NCBI GenBank assembly: GCA_963834265.1
Contig: CAWIAU010000001.1
Span: 71,572-135,571 of the forward strand
DNA length: 64,000 bases
Reading direction: 5' to 3'
Source of the DNA: an uncultured bacterium
Lineage (GTDB): Bacteria; Patescibacteriota; Saccharimonadia; Saccharimonadales; 2-12-FULL-41-12
Shown: piece by piece, positions 16,244 to 26,569 of the stretch
Layout: each line of letters opens with the position of its first letter
How positions within the stretch are numbered: the first letter of the stretch is position 1
The notes under the pieces: model-generated
What the model was told of the DNA's origin: nothing
Seen by the model: the letters and a program-made list of their open reading frames with translations, nothing else
The model's database searches: none
Made by a program: the position numbers and the translations under genes

Positions 16244-18784
16244 TTATCTGTTAACCTTTCCGAGGATATCCTGTACCATCAACTCATAACTATTTTTGGC
16301 TTGCTCACGTGCAATCCTGTTTGAGTATGCAGACATAGATGCAAGCTTAGTATTAGAGGTCTTTTCGCGGTTTAGTACTTCCTCGATGGTGTCCACAATC
16401 TGGTTATAGTCTGTACTGTCCAGATAAAATCCGTTTTTGCCCGGAAATAACTGCTCTTCCATGCCGGATGAATCGTTGCGCATGATGGGATGGCCGGCTG
16501 CCATGCCCTCGAAGACAAATAATGGCAGACACTCACGTAATGAGTAGCAAATGGTCACATTGGCTTTCATCATAAGTTCAAACGAGCGTTCATGCGGGAC
16601 CTGGCCATAATGCCTGAACCTGTTTCCTAATAGTTTAGGCGCGTGTTTGGTTATTTGTTTGGACAGAAAATCGTGCGACAATCCGACATACGCTACAGTA
16701 AAATCCCTGTATGTTTTTGGATTGGCCTCATAATATTGCTTCATGAAAGCCTGGAAGGCATAAAGTACAGGCAACTGGCCCTTGCGACCATCGGCCACAT
16801 TGCCGGTCAGTATAAAATCTATTGTATCGAACTCTTTTTCTCCCCGGACCTTATGGAAGCGTTCCGGAATTACGTATTTATAAGGGTGCTTGCGTATATT
16901 AGCTGTATTTCCGAATGTCTTTTGATAATTTTTGGTAGCCTTTTCGGCGGCAATATACATGACAATTTTGTCTTTTTCCAGTAGATTCTTCAGTTTTTTT
17001 ATTTCTGCTTTATCGAACAATAGTTCCGGTTCATCCTCGTGAATAAACCAGACCAGACGGGTTACTGTATCGTTTTCCAGCGCGCTATAGATTGACTGTT
17101 TCAGCAGCAGGCTGTGCGCGACAGTATTCAGTACGACAATATCTCCTTTTATAAATGAAAGTTGTATGTCCCTGATGACATGAATATTAGGCTTTATGCC
17201 CATTTTATTGAGCCGGATAATATTATCCTTATGCGTCGGATTGAAGGTATGGAATTCAACAGGAATATTGACAGCCTTTTTTATAAGGGACTGCGTCAGA
17301 TCCATGAATACGTATGGTGCCCCCGATAAATCAAGCTGGTGAGCTACCAGTACAATCCCGGGCGCGGTACGTTTTATTCCCCGTACGTTATTAAGCCGGT
17401 TTTTTATCTTGGTCCGTATTGCGTAGTACGTGTTCTTTGTCCCGTGTTTCCGTGCGTAGGCTGGTATAAGTTTTGCATTCAAAGCCAGGCTTTTAATTTT
17501 TTGCTGTTTAGACCGGGCTGCCGGCAGATTAACTGCATAGTCGCCATACTTTTCCAGATCGGTTGCCTTAACATGGTTACTAATCGACGCCGCTAAAACT
17601 TTTGTGACAGTATCCCAATAGAATTCTTTTTTTAGCTTTGCGAGATTGGCCTTTAGGCTGGTAGTGGTTTTTTCGTCTTTTAGAAGAGAGCTCAGATCTG
17701 TGCTCATTTGCTTCGGAGTAAGGCCATTGAACCGTACTGCTGCTCCCCACGTAATCAGAGTTTCACCTAAAGGGTCTCCGCCATTAGTGATAATCGGCAG
17801 ATCCGCCCACATAAAATCAACCAGCCGTGTACGCCAAGCCAGCTCGTTTTCGGGGCCTTCCTGGTTCACGACTACCACTACGTCGCTGTCCAGATACCAG
17901 TCCGCCCGGTCCTCAAACTTTATCCAGTCCTGAACTTTTATATACTCGCCTGCCTGCGAACTCTCAATGTACTGCATTAGTTCATCATATTTGCGGACAA
18001 AGTCCGGATGAGTATTAAAAGGATTCCTGGCGCCGACAATAACTAACGTAGCCTCGACGCTTTCATTGAGCAATTTGATAGAATCAACCAGAGTACGTAA
18101 ATCAAACCAGGGATAAATGCCACCGAACCATAGAATTTTTTTACTTTCTTTTTTAGTAAGTAGCTTTGAAATTGGTTTAGCAGAAGCATGTGCCTGGTCC
18201 CTGTAAATTCCGTAAGGTACTACATGTATCATCTGGTCATGGTAGGTTATGGGGTTAATGCGACCTAGCGCCGAAAGGACGCCTTTGTAATAATTTTTCT
18301 GTGCTTCGCTTGAACACAGGAACAGATCACCCCGCTTCAATACATGGCCCCAGTTGCCGACATCCTGATGGAAAGCAGCATACTCGCGGTCCGGATCATC
18401 GCTGTCACGCGCCGAAACCTCTACGTAGATTGGTACATAACAGTCCAATATAAGTTGTTGGTGCGGATTTATCGTATCGGCAACAGCTACAGACAGATCC
18501 CCCATGCAGTAACTAACAATAATAGTGTCATAATTCTGAAGCAGCTGACCGACTGTTTCATTGTCCCATGTTACCAGCTCGATTCCCTCGTATTCACTCG
18601 TAAACGGCTCTTTTTTATAACTATCATGATAGGCAACTGTAACCTCTGTAATTCCATTTGCATACAGGCCTTTGGCAAGGCCCCAGCAACGAAGTCCTCC
18701 GCCCTCTACTTTGGTATGTTCAGGACTTGGAACAGGACCTTGCGATATTATCAGACAGCGTTTGTTTGAATCTCTGGGCATCAT
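16244..18784 (-). CDS. Large two-module glycosyltransferase (two GT-B/GT4-like halves)
   Basis: 846 aa. The C-terminal half carries ECLPLFVFEGMAAGHPIMRNDSSGMEEQLFPGKNGFYLD (EX7E-type). The N-terminal half is also GT-B-like. Start overlaps the upstream stop in an ATGA junction (18781-18784). Confidence 0.7.
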   Translation of the reverse strand: MMPRDSNKRCLIISQGPVPSPEHTKVEGGGLRCWGLAKGLYANGITEVTVAYHDSYKKEPFTSEYEGIELVTWDNETVGQLLQNYDTIIVSYCMGDLSVAVADTINPHQQLILDCYVPIYVEVSARDSDDPDREYAAFHQDVGNWGHVLKRGDLFLCSSEAQKNYYKGVLSALGRINPITYHDQMIHVVPYGIYRDQAHASAKPISKLLTKKESKKILWFGGIYPWFDLRTLVDSIKLLNESVEATLVIVGARNPFNTHPDFVRKYDELMQYIESSQAGEYIKVQDWIKFEDRADWYLDSDVVVVVNQEGPENELAWRTRLVDFMWADLPIITNGGDPLGETLITWGAAVRFNGLTPKQMSTDLSSLLKDEKTTTSLKANLAKLKKEFYWDTVTKVLAASISNHVKATDLEKYGDYAVNLPAARSKQQKIKSLALNAKLIPAYARKHGTKNTYYAIRTKIKNRLNNVRGIKRTAPGIVLVAHQLDLSGAPYVFMDLTQSLIKKAVNIPVEFHTFNPTHKDNIIRLNKMGIKPNIHVIRDIQLSFIKGDIVVLNTVAHSLLLKQSIYSALENDTVTRLVWFIHEDEPELLFDKAEIKKLKNLLEKDKIVMYIAAEKATKNYQKTFGNTANIRKHPYKYVIPERFHKVRGEKEFDTIDFILTGNVADGRKGQLPVLYAFQAFMKQYYEANPKTYRDFTVAYVGLSHDFLSKQITKHAPKLLGNRFRHYGQVPHERSFELMMKANVTICYSLRECLPLFVFEGMAAGHPIMRNDSSGMEEQLFPGKNGFYLDSTDYNQIVDTIEEVLNREKTSNTKLASMSAYSNRIAREQAKNSYELMVQDILGKVNR

Positions 18785-19902
18785 TTATTCTTTAACTTTT
18801 TCCTGATTAGTTTTGGTGAATTCATTGTCTTCCACACTATTGATTTTCTTATCTTATCAAGCTCTGACGCCGTTTTCGTAAGTTCGCCCATGGCATGTTC
18901 AAATTGCCGGGACTTATCAGCTAACTCATTTTCCAGATGAGTGATAATCTTAGCCTGTTCATCCATATGTTCTTTATACGGCCTTACCATTTGCTCATCA
19001 TGTCGGTGCTGGCTCATTATAATGTTCTTTGTAGCGTTGGGGAAATTCAGGATAGCCTTTCCGACTAAATCAGTACCCTCTTTTTTATCTATATCGACGA
19101 GCTTGGTTAAGACATTCCCTATATTCGTAAAAATGATCTCTTTGTAGACAGGATTGTTGCCATATATTTTTAATAATTCAGCATAGAGAGTTATGTGAGC
19201 TATCCCGTGTTTTTTCCATAAATCATCCTCCTCTTTGCTGAAATTCCACCACACTCCGCCAGGATGCCTCCGGTATACAGACATCACCTCACTTATGAGA
19301 CCTATCTTTCCGAACCGGGCATGGAGCAGGTGCAGATACCAGTCAATAGGCAATATTCCGGTTGGCGTATAGCTATAGTCCTGCTTCCGGTACATAACCG
19401 AATTTGTCTGGATATAGTTTTTCTTCAGCAGCTCTTCAACAGTAAACTTTGTTTCCGGTTTTATTTCCGGAAAGATATACTCTTCCTGATCATTTTTTTC
19501 AAAAATAACTTTGACGGGATGAAAGCAAAGGGCATACTCTGGATTTTTGTCTAAAAAGTTCGCTTGCAACTGTAGCTTCTTGTCGTCTGTCCAGTAGTCA
19601 TCACCCTCGCACAATGCGATATACTGACCCTTAGCCTGGCGCATTGCATCAAAAAGATTGTTCAGTATCCCAACATTTTTCTTTCTCAGAATTGGCTTAA
19701 AAATAGCAGGATACTTTGTGGCATACTCTTTAATTATTTCTGCTGTCTTATCTGTTGAGCAATCATCTGCGATAACAACTTCAAACCCGAAGTCAGATTG
19801 CTGCATAACAAAACTTTCCAATGTTTTGGCGATGTACTTTTCCTGATTGTAGCTTATAGATACAATACTGACCTTTGGAACGTTGTTTGTTGCATTTTTC
19901 AT
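18781..19902 (-). CDS. Glycosyltransferase family 2 with C-terminal coiled-coil extension
   Basis: VSIVSISYNQEKYIAKTLESFVMQQSDFGFEVVIADDCSTD, EGDDYW (DxD-type). The last ~70 aa are heptad-like: MDEQAKIITHLENELADKSRQFEHAMGELTKTASELDKIRK. Confidence 0.8.
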   Translation of the reverse strand: MKNATNNVPKVSIVSISYNQEKYIAKTLESFVMQQSDFGFEVVIADDCSTDKTAEIIKEYATKYPAIFKPILRKKNVGILNNLFDAMRQAKGQYIALCEGDDYWTDDKKLQLQANFLDKNPEYALCFHPVKVIFEKNDQEEYIFPEIKPETKFTVEELLKKNYIQTNSVMYRKQDYSYTPTGILPIDWYLHLLHARFGKIGLISEVMSVYRRHPGGVWWNFSKEEDDLWKKHGIAHITLYAELLKIYGNNPVYKEIIFTNIGNVLTKLVDIDKKEGTDLVGKAILNFPNATKNIIMSQHRHDEQMVRPYKEHMDEQAKIITHLENELADKSRQFEHAMGELTKTASELDKIRKSIVWKTMNSPKLIRKKLKNK

Positions 19903-19919
19903 GTGCGATTGCCTATCTG

Positions 19920-21041
19920 CTATACAGAGGTTTCATTTAAAGTATCAACTATCAGATCAATATCTTCTAAGCGCATATTGTCATGAACGGGAAGTGATAT
20001 TATTGTACGGTTGACCTCGTTCGTTACCCGTAAATCACCGAACATTTCGGCATTTTTAAAATATGTCTGCTGATGTATGGCTGGCGTGTAGTATGCACGA
20101 GCCTCAACTCCTGCGTCATTTAACGCTAATAAATATTTATCCCTGCTATGGCTGTTTTTTACAATTACCGTAACGAAGCAGAGTGATGCACGACGGGCAT
20201 TTTCCTGGAAATAAAATTTATCCGGATCCAGCTCGGCTTTGTACCGGCCGTAAACCATTCTTCTCATTTTTAGCGTAGTATCGAATCGCTTAAGCTGACG
20301 AAGTCCGATTGCCGCATTGATCTCCTGCATTTTCCCGTTGAAACCAAGTTGCGTGGCATTGCCTTTTGTTTCAAATCCAAAATTTTGTATCGATCGTAAG
20401 GATTCAATCATTTTTTTATCTTTACTTATAACAGCCCCGCCTTCGCCGATGGCAAAGGGCTTTGTGGCATGAAATGAAAATATCTCGCACTTACCGGCAC
20501 TGCCAACTTTACGTTGTGCAGAATAAAGGGAACCGAAGCCTGCAGCTGAGTCAAGAATTAACGGCTTGCTCCATTTTTCTGACAGGGCTTCCCACGCATC
20601 TATATTAGTAACACCTACACCAAATGCATTGCAAAATAAAATTCCTGCAATGCTATCTTCCCTTTGTTCAAGAACCTTTTCCGCTTCATCAATACTCATA
20701 TGAAATCCGCGGTTTTCTATATCTATAAAAAGGGGCTTATAGCCACACCATACGAGCGTGTCCGCACCAGCGGCGAAAGTAAAAGAGGGCATGAGCACAT
20801 ACTTGCTACCATTACCCTTGCCAAACACAGCAATAATACTGGCCAGCAAAGCCGAGGTAGCGCTGGAAGAAGTCGCGGCATAGTAGCCGTCTCCGATGTA
20901 ATTGCCAATACTCTCTGCAAACTTCCTCTCGAACGGCCCGAAATTGGTGAACCAATTGGCTGCCAGAATTTCTTTATAGTCAGCAGCCACATCATCTGCG
21001 TCCGGAAAATCCGGCTTAATAAACGGGACTTTATACTTCAC
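19920..21041 (-). CDS. DegT/DnrJ/EryC1/StrS-family PLP-dependent sugar aminotransferase
   Basis: 373 aa with FSFHATKPFAIGEGGAV (PLP lysine motif) and a family-typical N-terminus. Confidence 0.85.
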   Translation of the reverse strand: MKYKVPFIKPDFPDADDVAADYKEILAANWFTNFGPFERKFAESIGNYIGDGYYAATSSSATSALLASIIAVFGKGNGSKYVLMPSFTFAAGADTLVWCGYKPLFIDIENRGFHMSIDEAEKVLEQREDSIAGILFCNAFGVGVTNIDAWEALSEKWSKPLILDSAAGFGSLYSAQRKVGSAGKCEIFSFHATKPFAIGEGGAVISKDKKMIESLRSIQNFGFETKGNATQLGFNGKMQEINAAIGLRQLKRFDTTLKMRRMVYGRYKAELDPDKFYFQENARRASLCFVTVIVKNSHSRDKYLLALNDAGVEARAYYTPAIHQQTYFKNAEMFGDLRVTNEVNRTIISLPVHDNMRLEDIDLIVDTLNETSV

Positions 21042-21675
21042 GAAGCCACGTATTATTTCTTTTAATTACTTTTGCCGGTACGCCAACAGCTACGCTATTT
21101 TCCTCAATTATATCTTCCAAAACAACTGCACCCGCACCAATAACACTGCCGGCTGCTATGCTAACACCGTTGCTGATGACCGCTCCAATGCCTACAAAAA
21201 CTCCGTCGCCAATTGTAACCTTGCCGGCAATCCTTGCGCCGGGACTTATAGACACGAAGTCTCCTATAACCGAATCATGGCTAATACTTGCACCTATGTT
21301 TATCAGTACATGGCTGCCTATTTTAACGTTGGTAGTTATTACGGCTCCTGCAGCAATAACCGATCCACGGCCGACCGCAGTGCTTTGTTTAACGACGGCA
21401 CTTTTATCAATAACTGTTTCGTAGCTATCGCCTTGCCATTGCTCAATCATTTCTTTCCGTAGCAGCGGAGCACCCACGGCTCCAATGACCTTTTCGCCAC
21501 TATGCGTACCGTCAGCAATATCTATCAGTGTTGAAGCTGAATTATTATCCAGATAGTTTTTTGACACGGCCCGGAAGATCACATGATAATTTTCATCAAG
21601 ATATGACTCAATTTCATCAGCCTGACCGCCATTTCCCAGCAGTCCGATGTTTATGATATTGTCCTGGCTAATCAT
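21031..21675 (-). CDS. Sugar N-acetyltransferase, NeuD/PglD-like left-handed beta-helix
   Basis: N-terminal Rossmann-like IGLLGNGGQADE, then hexapeptide repeats (IGDGVFVGIGAVISNGVSIAAGSVIGAGAVV). Confidence 0.8.
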   Translation of the reverse strand: MISQDNIINIGLLGNGGQADEIESYLDENYHVIFRAVSKNYLDNNSASTLIDIADGTHSGEKVIGAVGAPLLRKEMIEQWQGDSYETVIDKSAVVKQSTAVGRGSVIAAGAVITTNVKIGSHVLINIGASISHDSVIGDFVSISPGARIAGKVTIGDGVFVGIGAVISNGVSIAAGSVIGAGAVVLEDIIEENSVAVGVPAKVIKRNNTWLREV

Positions 21676-21676
21676 C

Positions 21677-22408
21677 TTATACTTTCTCTACAACGTATAG
21701 TTTTGACTTAAGGGTAATCCCGTTTCTGATTATATTCCACATGCCCAGGTTTATATAGCTATAGGTGTGTATTTTAAAGCCTGCGGACTTAACTCTTTTC
21801 AGGAATATCTCTTTTTCGTACAGACGGACATGGTCATCCTGGGCAAATCTTCTCCAGCGCTCACTTTCGTCAGTCACAGACGGATCTTCATCCTGAACGT
21901 TTTTTTTGTCAATTATCGGAGTCATTAATATTCCCTGACCTCCTTGCTTAAGAACTCTGAATAGCTCGGACAAAGCTTTGTTATCATCATCTACATGTTC
22001 AAGAATGTGTGAGCATATAAAAAAATCAAAAGTGTTATCTTTATAATTTGTCATGTTGGTAATATCGACTTTATCATCAACCCCGTCTATCAGAAGATCC
22101 GCGGTCCGATAGTTCGAACTCTTTTCCCGCAGATATTTACTCAAAAGTTGTGAGGGTGCAAAGTCCAGGATTTTTGTTTTTTTATTTATATTTTTAAATT
22201 TATCAAAATATAGCCTGTACAGCCGATCCCTGTCTGAGGAAGAGCACACAGGGCATTCATAATTTTTGTAGCTTAGTGTTTCGAAATCAGACAGATTATA
22301 GGGAAAGCCATAGTTTCTTAAACTTGCACCAAGACCTGCTTCAATTGACGTAAAGCCATTGCTACTTTTACAAAAAATGCATTTTCTTAATTTAAATCTA
22401 TCCATCAC
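21677..22408 (-). CDS. Class I SAM-dependent methyltransferase with N-terminal Cys-rich element
   Basis: CIFC...CPVC pairs, motif-I-like KILDFAPS, and VLKQGGQGILMTP. Confidence 0.7.
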   Translation of the reverse strand: MMDRFKLRKCIFCKSSNGFTSIEAGLGASLRNYGFPYNLSDFETLSYKNYECPVCSSSDRDRLYRLYFDKFKNINKKTKILDFAPSQLLSKYLREKSSNYRTADLLIDGVDDKVDITNMTNYKDNTFDFFICSHILEHVDDDNKALSELFRVLKQGGQGILMTPIIDKKNVQDEDPSVTDESERWRRFAQDDHVRLYEKEIFLKRVKSAGFKIHTYSYINLGMWNIIRNGITLKSKLYVVEKV

Positions 22409-22513
22409 ATCCAGTCTTGAAGCACTTCATTTTTCTGAGCCCGATATATGGCCGGGAATACGACTCTAATTATACTATGATACCGGAGAATTTTGCCCCG
22501 CCCCGCCTATCGG

Positions 22514-23362
22514 TTATTTAGTAGTTCTCATTACTGACCAAATATAAAACGCCCATCCGGATTTTACTCCCAATATCTTTTTAGCGTATACCAGGCGCTT
22601 AATGTTACTTACTTTTTTTGTAAAAAACGAATCATGCCTAAACTTAAGTAATTTGTTGCAACTGTAATAAGCAGCTTCTGTTTGTAGGGCCTGCTCCATT
22701 GCCGGGAGTTTGTTCCACGCACCACTGCTATTAATATTATAAACCGACATAATTTTGTCATGGTAATATAAAGGCCCTTTATCCAGGTAGCCGTAAAAAA
22801 GGTGAATATCCCTTACATCGGGAAACTTCCGGAAGTATACTTTCAGGTCAAGAACATTGCGATGAACGCGTGCGGAAGTATGCAGGTAGGGAGTACTGTG
22901 CAGATTAACCGGATTTTTAATGCTTGCCTGGTGGATATCGTGCACTAACGATTTTTTAGTATTCGTTAATGCATCGTCATAAAGTGTATCGTGTGCAAAA
23001 GTCACATATTCAGGATTACGTTCTAGTGTATCGATTGCTACCTGAATTTTTTTGTTGTCACACCACCTGTCATCACCTTCCAGTATGGTAAGATACGTGG
23101 TATTTATTTTGCATAGTACATCACGAAAATGACGTAGTTTTGTATTAACCGGCTGTGCTAGTAATTTGACCCTGTTGGGATATTTTTTTACATACTTCCT
23201 GCATATTTGTATTGTCTGGTCCGTTGAACAATCTTCTGCAATCCATATCTCATAAACATATTTTGTTTTTTGATTCAGCACACTGTCTAATGCAGCTTCC
23301 AGAGTATCCTCATGGTTATATGTTAATACTAAAACAGTTAGGATTGCCTGCTCTTTAGCCAT
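22514..23362 (-). CDS. Glycosyltransferase family 2
   Basis: LTVLVLTYNHEDTLEAALDSVLNQKTKYVYEIWIAEDCSTD and EGDDRW. Confidence 0.8.
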   Translation of the reverse strand: MAKEQAILTVLVLTYNHEDTLEAALDSVLNQKTKYVYEIWIAEDCSTDQTIQICRKYVKKYPNRVKLLAQPVNTKLRHFRDVLCKINTTYLTILEGDDRWCDNKKIQVAIDTLERNPEYVTFAHDTLYDDALTNTKKSLVHDIHQASIKNPVNLHSTPYLHTSARVHRNVLDLKVYFRKFPDVRDIHLFYGYLDKGPLYYHDKIMSVYNINSSGAWNKLPAMEQALQTEAAYYSCNKLLKFRHDSFFTKKVSNIKRLVYAKKILGVKSGWAFYIWSVMRTTK

Positions 23363-24318
23363 TAAGAAATGATTTCCAGTATTTTCTCTGCCCTGATTCT
23401 AACCGATTCCACCGGGTTGAATGTATCGGACATTTCATGGTAGGTTAGCTTGCTGTGTTTTTTTATATCAATAGATTTTCTGATATCCAGGATCTGCCTT
23501 GCAGCAGCTTCTTCGTCCAGGGGAAGATTGAATACTGTTTCAAGTCCGTTCCCAAGCCCAAGTGTGTCATGCCAAAATAATATTGCACCTGTAATGCCGG
23601 CTTCAATTAGTGATGCCGTATATTTACCGTCAATAAATATCGGGTGCTTTATATCCCTGGCTACATGTACAAATCCGTCATACTGCTGGTATTTCTTTAT
23701 AACTTTACTATGATCCAGGTAGCCATAAGGTAGGAATTTTTTCTCATTAAGCCCAACAAATTTCCTGACTTTATTTTTTCTTTCATTAGTTTTTACATGC
23801 TTTTCATAAACAGAGCCATCCCTTGGAGGAAAAATTTCATATTTTAGTCCTGTATCTTTCATTATTCGTTCGCTTCTCTGCCAGTCCTTTTGTAATTCAT
23901 CACTGGAAACGTGAATTAATGAGTCAAGTCGAGTGCGGTACTTCTTTAGTTTTACGATACTCGTGTCTACGCTGAAAGGATAAAAGGTTACATTGTTTAA
24001 ACTTTTATAAGCGATCTCCAAAGGCCCGGGATTGATAAAGACCTGGTCGAAACTGGTTCGTATCAGCCTGAGATGTAACTTTTTTATCTCCGGATTGTGC
24101 AAGGGATTATGAGAAAACCCAGGGAACATTACGGCAAATCTTTTGCTGCATGGCAACGTCGACACGAGTTCAAGAACATCCGGTCCAAAAGATAATAATG
24201 GAGTTTCGTACGAAGGCGATTCAACTAACTCAAAGTACTTTTTGAACTCCGGTATTTCCCATCTGAGAAAATGTGTTGCCCCGCCTACATGTAAATATAG
24301 CTCTGGCTTATATTTCAT
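23362..24318 (-). CDS. Hypothetical protein (possible glycan-modifying enzyme; no motif recognised)
   Basis: 318-aa intact ORF inside the glycan operon. No family recognised by eye. Confidence 0.45.
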   Translation of the reverse strand: MKYKPELYLHVGGATHFLRWEIPEFKKYFELVESPSYETPLLSFGPDVLELVSTLPCSKRFAVMFPGFSHNPLHNPEIKKLHLRLIRTSFDQVFINPGPLEIAYKSLNNVTFYPFSVDTSIVKLKKYRTRLDSLIHVSSDELQKDWQRSERIMKDTGLKYEIFPPRDGSVYEKHVKTNERKNKVRKFVGLNEKKFLPYGYLDHSKVIKKYQQYDGFVHVARDIKHPIFIDGKYTASLIEAGITGAILFWHDTLGLGNGLETVFNLPLDEEAAARQILDIRKSIDIKKHSKLTYHEMSDTFNPVESVRIRAEKILEIIS

Positions 24319-24333
24319 ATATTTTCTTAAGGC

Positions 24334-25497
24334 TTACTGCGTCCAGCTACCATCTATATAAGCAGCTCCGCCTCTTGTTTGATCGTTTCCCGATATTACA
24401 AACTGAGCTTCTCCAAGCTTATATTCAAGCATTTGCCTGTCCTGCCTCTTAAAAAGAGATAAATTGACTGAGTAAATTCCGGGATTAAAAACGCTGGTAT
24501 CAACCGTTAGCTCTGCTTTGTGTACAATATTAGGCGTTCCATTAAGTTTTACGTTCAGAGAATTTATTTCGGCAACGGATATACCGTCCCGAATGATAGA
24601 TATTCCAAGCATAGGCTCAAATTCTTCGAGAATACAGTATTGAGCCGTGAAGTGTAAGATTTCGGATCTTTTTACATCTTGTTTAGAATTTAAGGTTAAG
24701 TCTAAATCTTTGCTTAATTTACTGACAGGTTTTTTGCCGGTTTTTGGCTTGGCATTGCCTTCAATATTATCAATAGTATACTGTCCGGCTATTTCTTCAG
24801 GTATACCAATCTGTTTTATTTTTCCATCCTCAATAAGCAAAGCCTTATTGCAAAATCTATTCACTGCCCCCATGTCGTGCGATACAAAAACTACTGTCTG
24901 ATTAACTCGTTTAAGCTCTTCAAAATAGGTATAGCATTTTTGCTGAAAAGCGGCATCACCGACAGCCAGCACCTCATCAAGTAATAAAATATCACTTTGG
25001 GCCTGAATCGCTATAGAGAAAGCCAGACGGACTTGCATACCAGATGAATAATTCTTAAGTTTTTGATCCATAAATCTCTCAAGTTCAGCAAAGGCAACAA
25101 TTTCGTCATACATGCCCTCCATCTCCTTTCGGCTAAATCCCAACAGAGCCCCATTCAGGAAAACGTTCTCGCGGCCTGTTAAATCATGGTTGAAGCCTAC
25201 TCCCAGCTCAATAAATGGCGTTAGTTTGCCATTGATATGTACTCGCCCTCCGTCCGGAGCATAGATCTGTGCTAATAGTTTGAGTAATGTGCTTTTACCG
25301 CTGCCGTTTCTTCCAACTATGCCGAAGAATTCACCTTTTTTGATCTCGAATGATATATCTTTTAGAGCATGCTGCTTTTCGTATATGCGCTTGCGTCTGA
25401 ATACGTTTACAAAAACATTTTTTAGAGAGCCCTGACGTTCGTGTGGCAGCTTAAATGATTTACTGACATTTTCAACTTTTATTACAACTTCACTCAT
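24334..25497 (-). CDS. Polysaccharide/teichoic-acid ABC exporter ATP-binding protein (Wzt/TagH-type) with C-terminal extension
   Basis: Walker A GRNGSGKST, signature YSSGMQVRLAF, Walker B ILLLDEVLAVGD. About 140 extra C-terminal residues sit where Wzt carbohydrate-binding domains occur. Confidence 0.85.
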   Translation of the reverse strand: MSEVVIKVENVSKSFKLPHERQGSLKNVFVNVFRRKRIYEKQHALKDISFEIKKGEFFGIVGRNGSGKSTLLKLLAQIYAPDGGRVHINGKLTPFIELGVGFNHDLTGRENVFLNGALLGFSRKEMEGMYDEIVAFAELERFMDQKLKNYSSGMQVRLAFSIAIQAQSDILLLDEVLAVGDAAFQQKCYTYFEELKRVNQTVVFVSHDMGAVNRFCNKALLIEDGKIKQIGIPEEIAGQYTIDNIEGNAKPKTGKKPVSKLSKDLDLTLNSKQDVKRSEILHFTAQYCILEEFEPMLGISIIRDGISVAEINSLNVKLNGTPNIVHKAELTVDTSVFNPGIYSVNLSLFKRQDRQMLEYKLGEAQFVISGNDQTRGGAAYIDGSWTQ

Positions 25498-26312
25498 TAC
25501 AAGTTCTCCGCGAAATCTTTAGATTCCCGCTTGAAATACAATGTGCCAATAATCAGAACTACTATGCATAGTGCGATAGGAATAAGTCTGTACGATCCAT
25601 TTTCAAACGCTCTCGATACTGTAATATTAGACGGATGATGCGTAACCAGGACATAACGGGCATCCTGGATCGCCTGACCCATGGGGTTGAGGAGCATTAT
25701 CTTTTGATAATCAACATTGGCAATAAGTGTCATCGGGTACAGGATTGGCGTTACATAAAACCCCGCCTGCATAATAACTTCCCAGATATGATTGGTGTCC
25801 CGGTACTTTACGAATACTGCGGCCAGAAATAGCGACAAGCCAAGACCAAGTATATAAATTTCGAAAAGTATTAATGGCAGCCAAAGGCTTGTCTGAAGCA
25901 AATCTACATTATCAAACAGCATAAAAGCAATCACTACCAACATATTAAGGCCCAGATTGATGAGTGCCGATACGCTGGCAGACAAAACGATAATCCATCT
26001 GGGTATCCGTATCTTGCGGATCAGATCACCTCTGCTCACAATCGAAACCAAACTTTGGTTAGTCATATCAGAAAAGAAAGTCCAAAGCACAATACCCAGC
26101 AAAAGATAAATCGGGAAATGAGGAATATCGCCACCGAACTTCAGGAATTTGACGAAGACTACGTATAACACAGCAAACAACAGCAGTGGCTTAAGCAGCG
26201 ACCACGTGTAGCCAAGCACTGAGCCCTGATAACGCAGTTTAAAGTCTGTTCGCACCAGCTCAGCGAGCAAGGCACGGTTTTGTTTGGTCAGAACCCCTTT
26301 CAAGACCCGCAT
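25497..26312 (-). CDS. ABC-2 type polysaccharide exporter permease (Wzm/TagG-type)
   Basis: 271 aa with about 6 TM helices and N-terminal TDFKLRYQGSVLGYTWSLLKPLL typical of ABC-2 permeases. It overlaps the ATPase gene by 1 nt. Confidence 0.85.
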   Translation of the reverse strand: MRVLKGVLTKQNRALLAELVRTDFKLRYQGSVLGYTWSLLKPLLLFAVLYVVFVKFLKFGGDIPHFPIYLLLGIVLWTFFSDMTNQSLVSIVSRGDLIRKIRIPRWIIVLSASVSALINLGLNMLVVIAFMLFDNVDLLQTSLWLPLILFEIYILGLGLSLFLAAVFVKYRDTNHIWEVIMQAGFYVTPILYPMTLIANVDYQKIMLLNPMGQAIQDARYVLVTHHPSNITVSRAFENGSYRLIPIALCIVVLIIGTLYFKRESKDFAENL

Positions 26313-26533
26313 CCGTTCTGCAGTTCAAATTCCAGGAAACCTTGTCGGTTTTTGCTTCGCGGCGTAGCTATGGCTATGCTTTGACACAAGAAACCGCCAA
26401 TTTTTCTCTGGAATTTGCCCCTCCAAAGCAAAGGAAATCTTAAAATAGGTTCTAGAATTCGTCTCATAGGTAAATTACTGCTAGCTATTATACTCTGTTT
26501 TGCCTCTGATATCGAGACAAAAGTAAAGTACTA

Positions 26534-26562
26534 TTGATATATGCTTTACTTTTTGCTATACT
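26534..26562 (+). promoter_or_regulatory. Sigma70-type promoter (-35 TTGATA, 17 bp, -10 TATACT) with repeat motifs; implies a leaderless vapB mRNA
   Basis: ttgata at 26534-26539 and tatact at 26557-26562. The ATG at 26570 lies 7 nt after the -10. TGCTTTAC recurs at 26542-26549 and 26562-26569. AAGTAAAG (26521-26528) is the inverse of CTTTACTT (26544-26551). Confidence 0.55.
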
Positions 26563-26569
26563 GCTTTAC

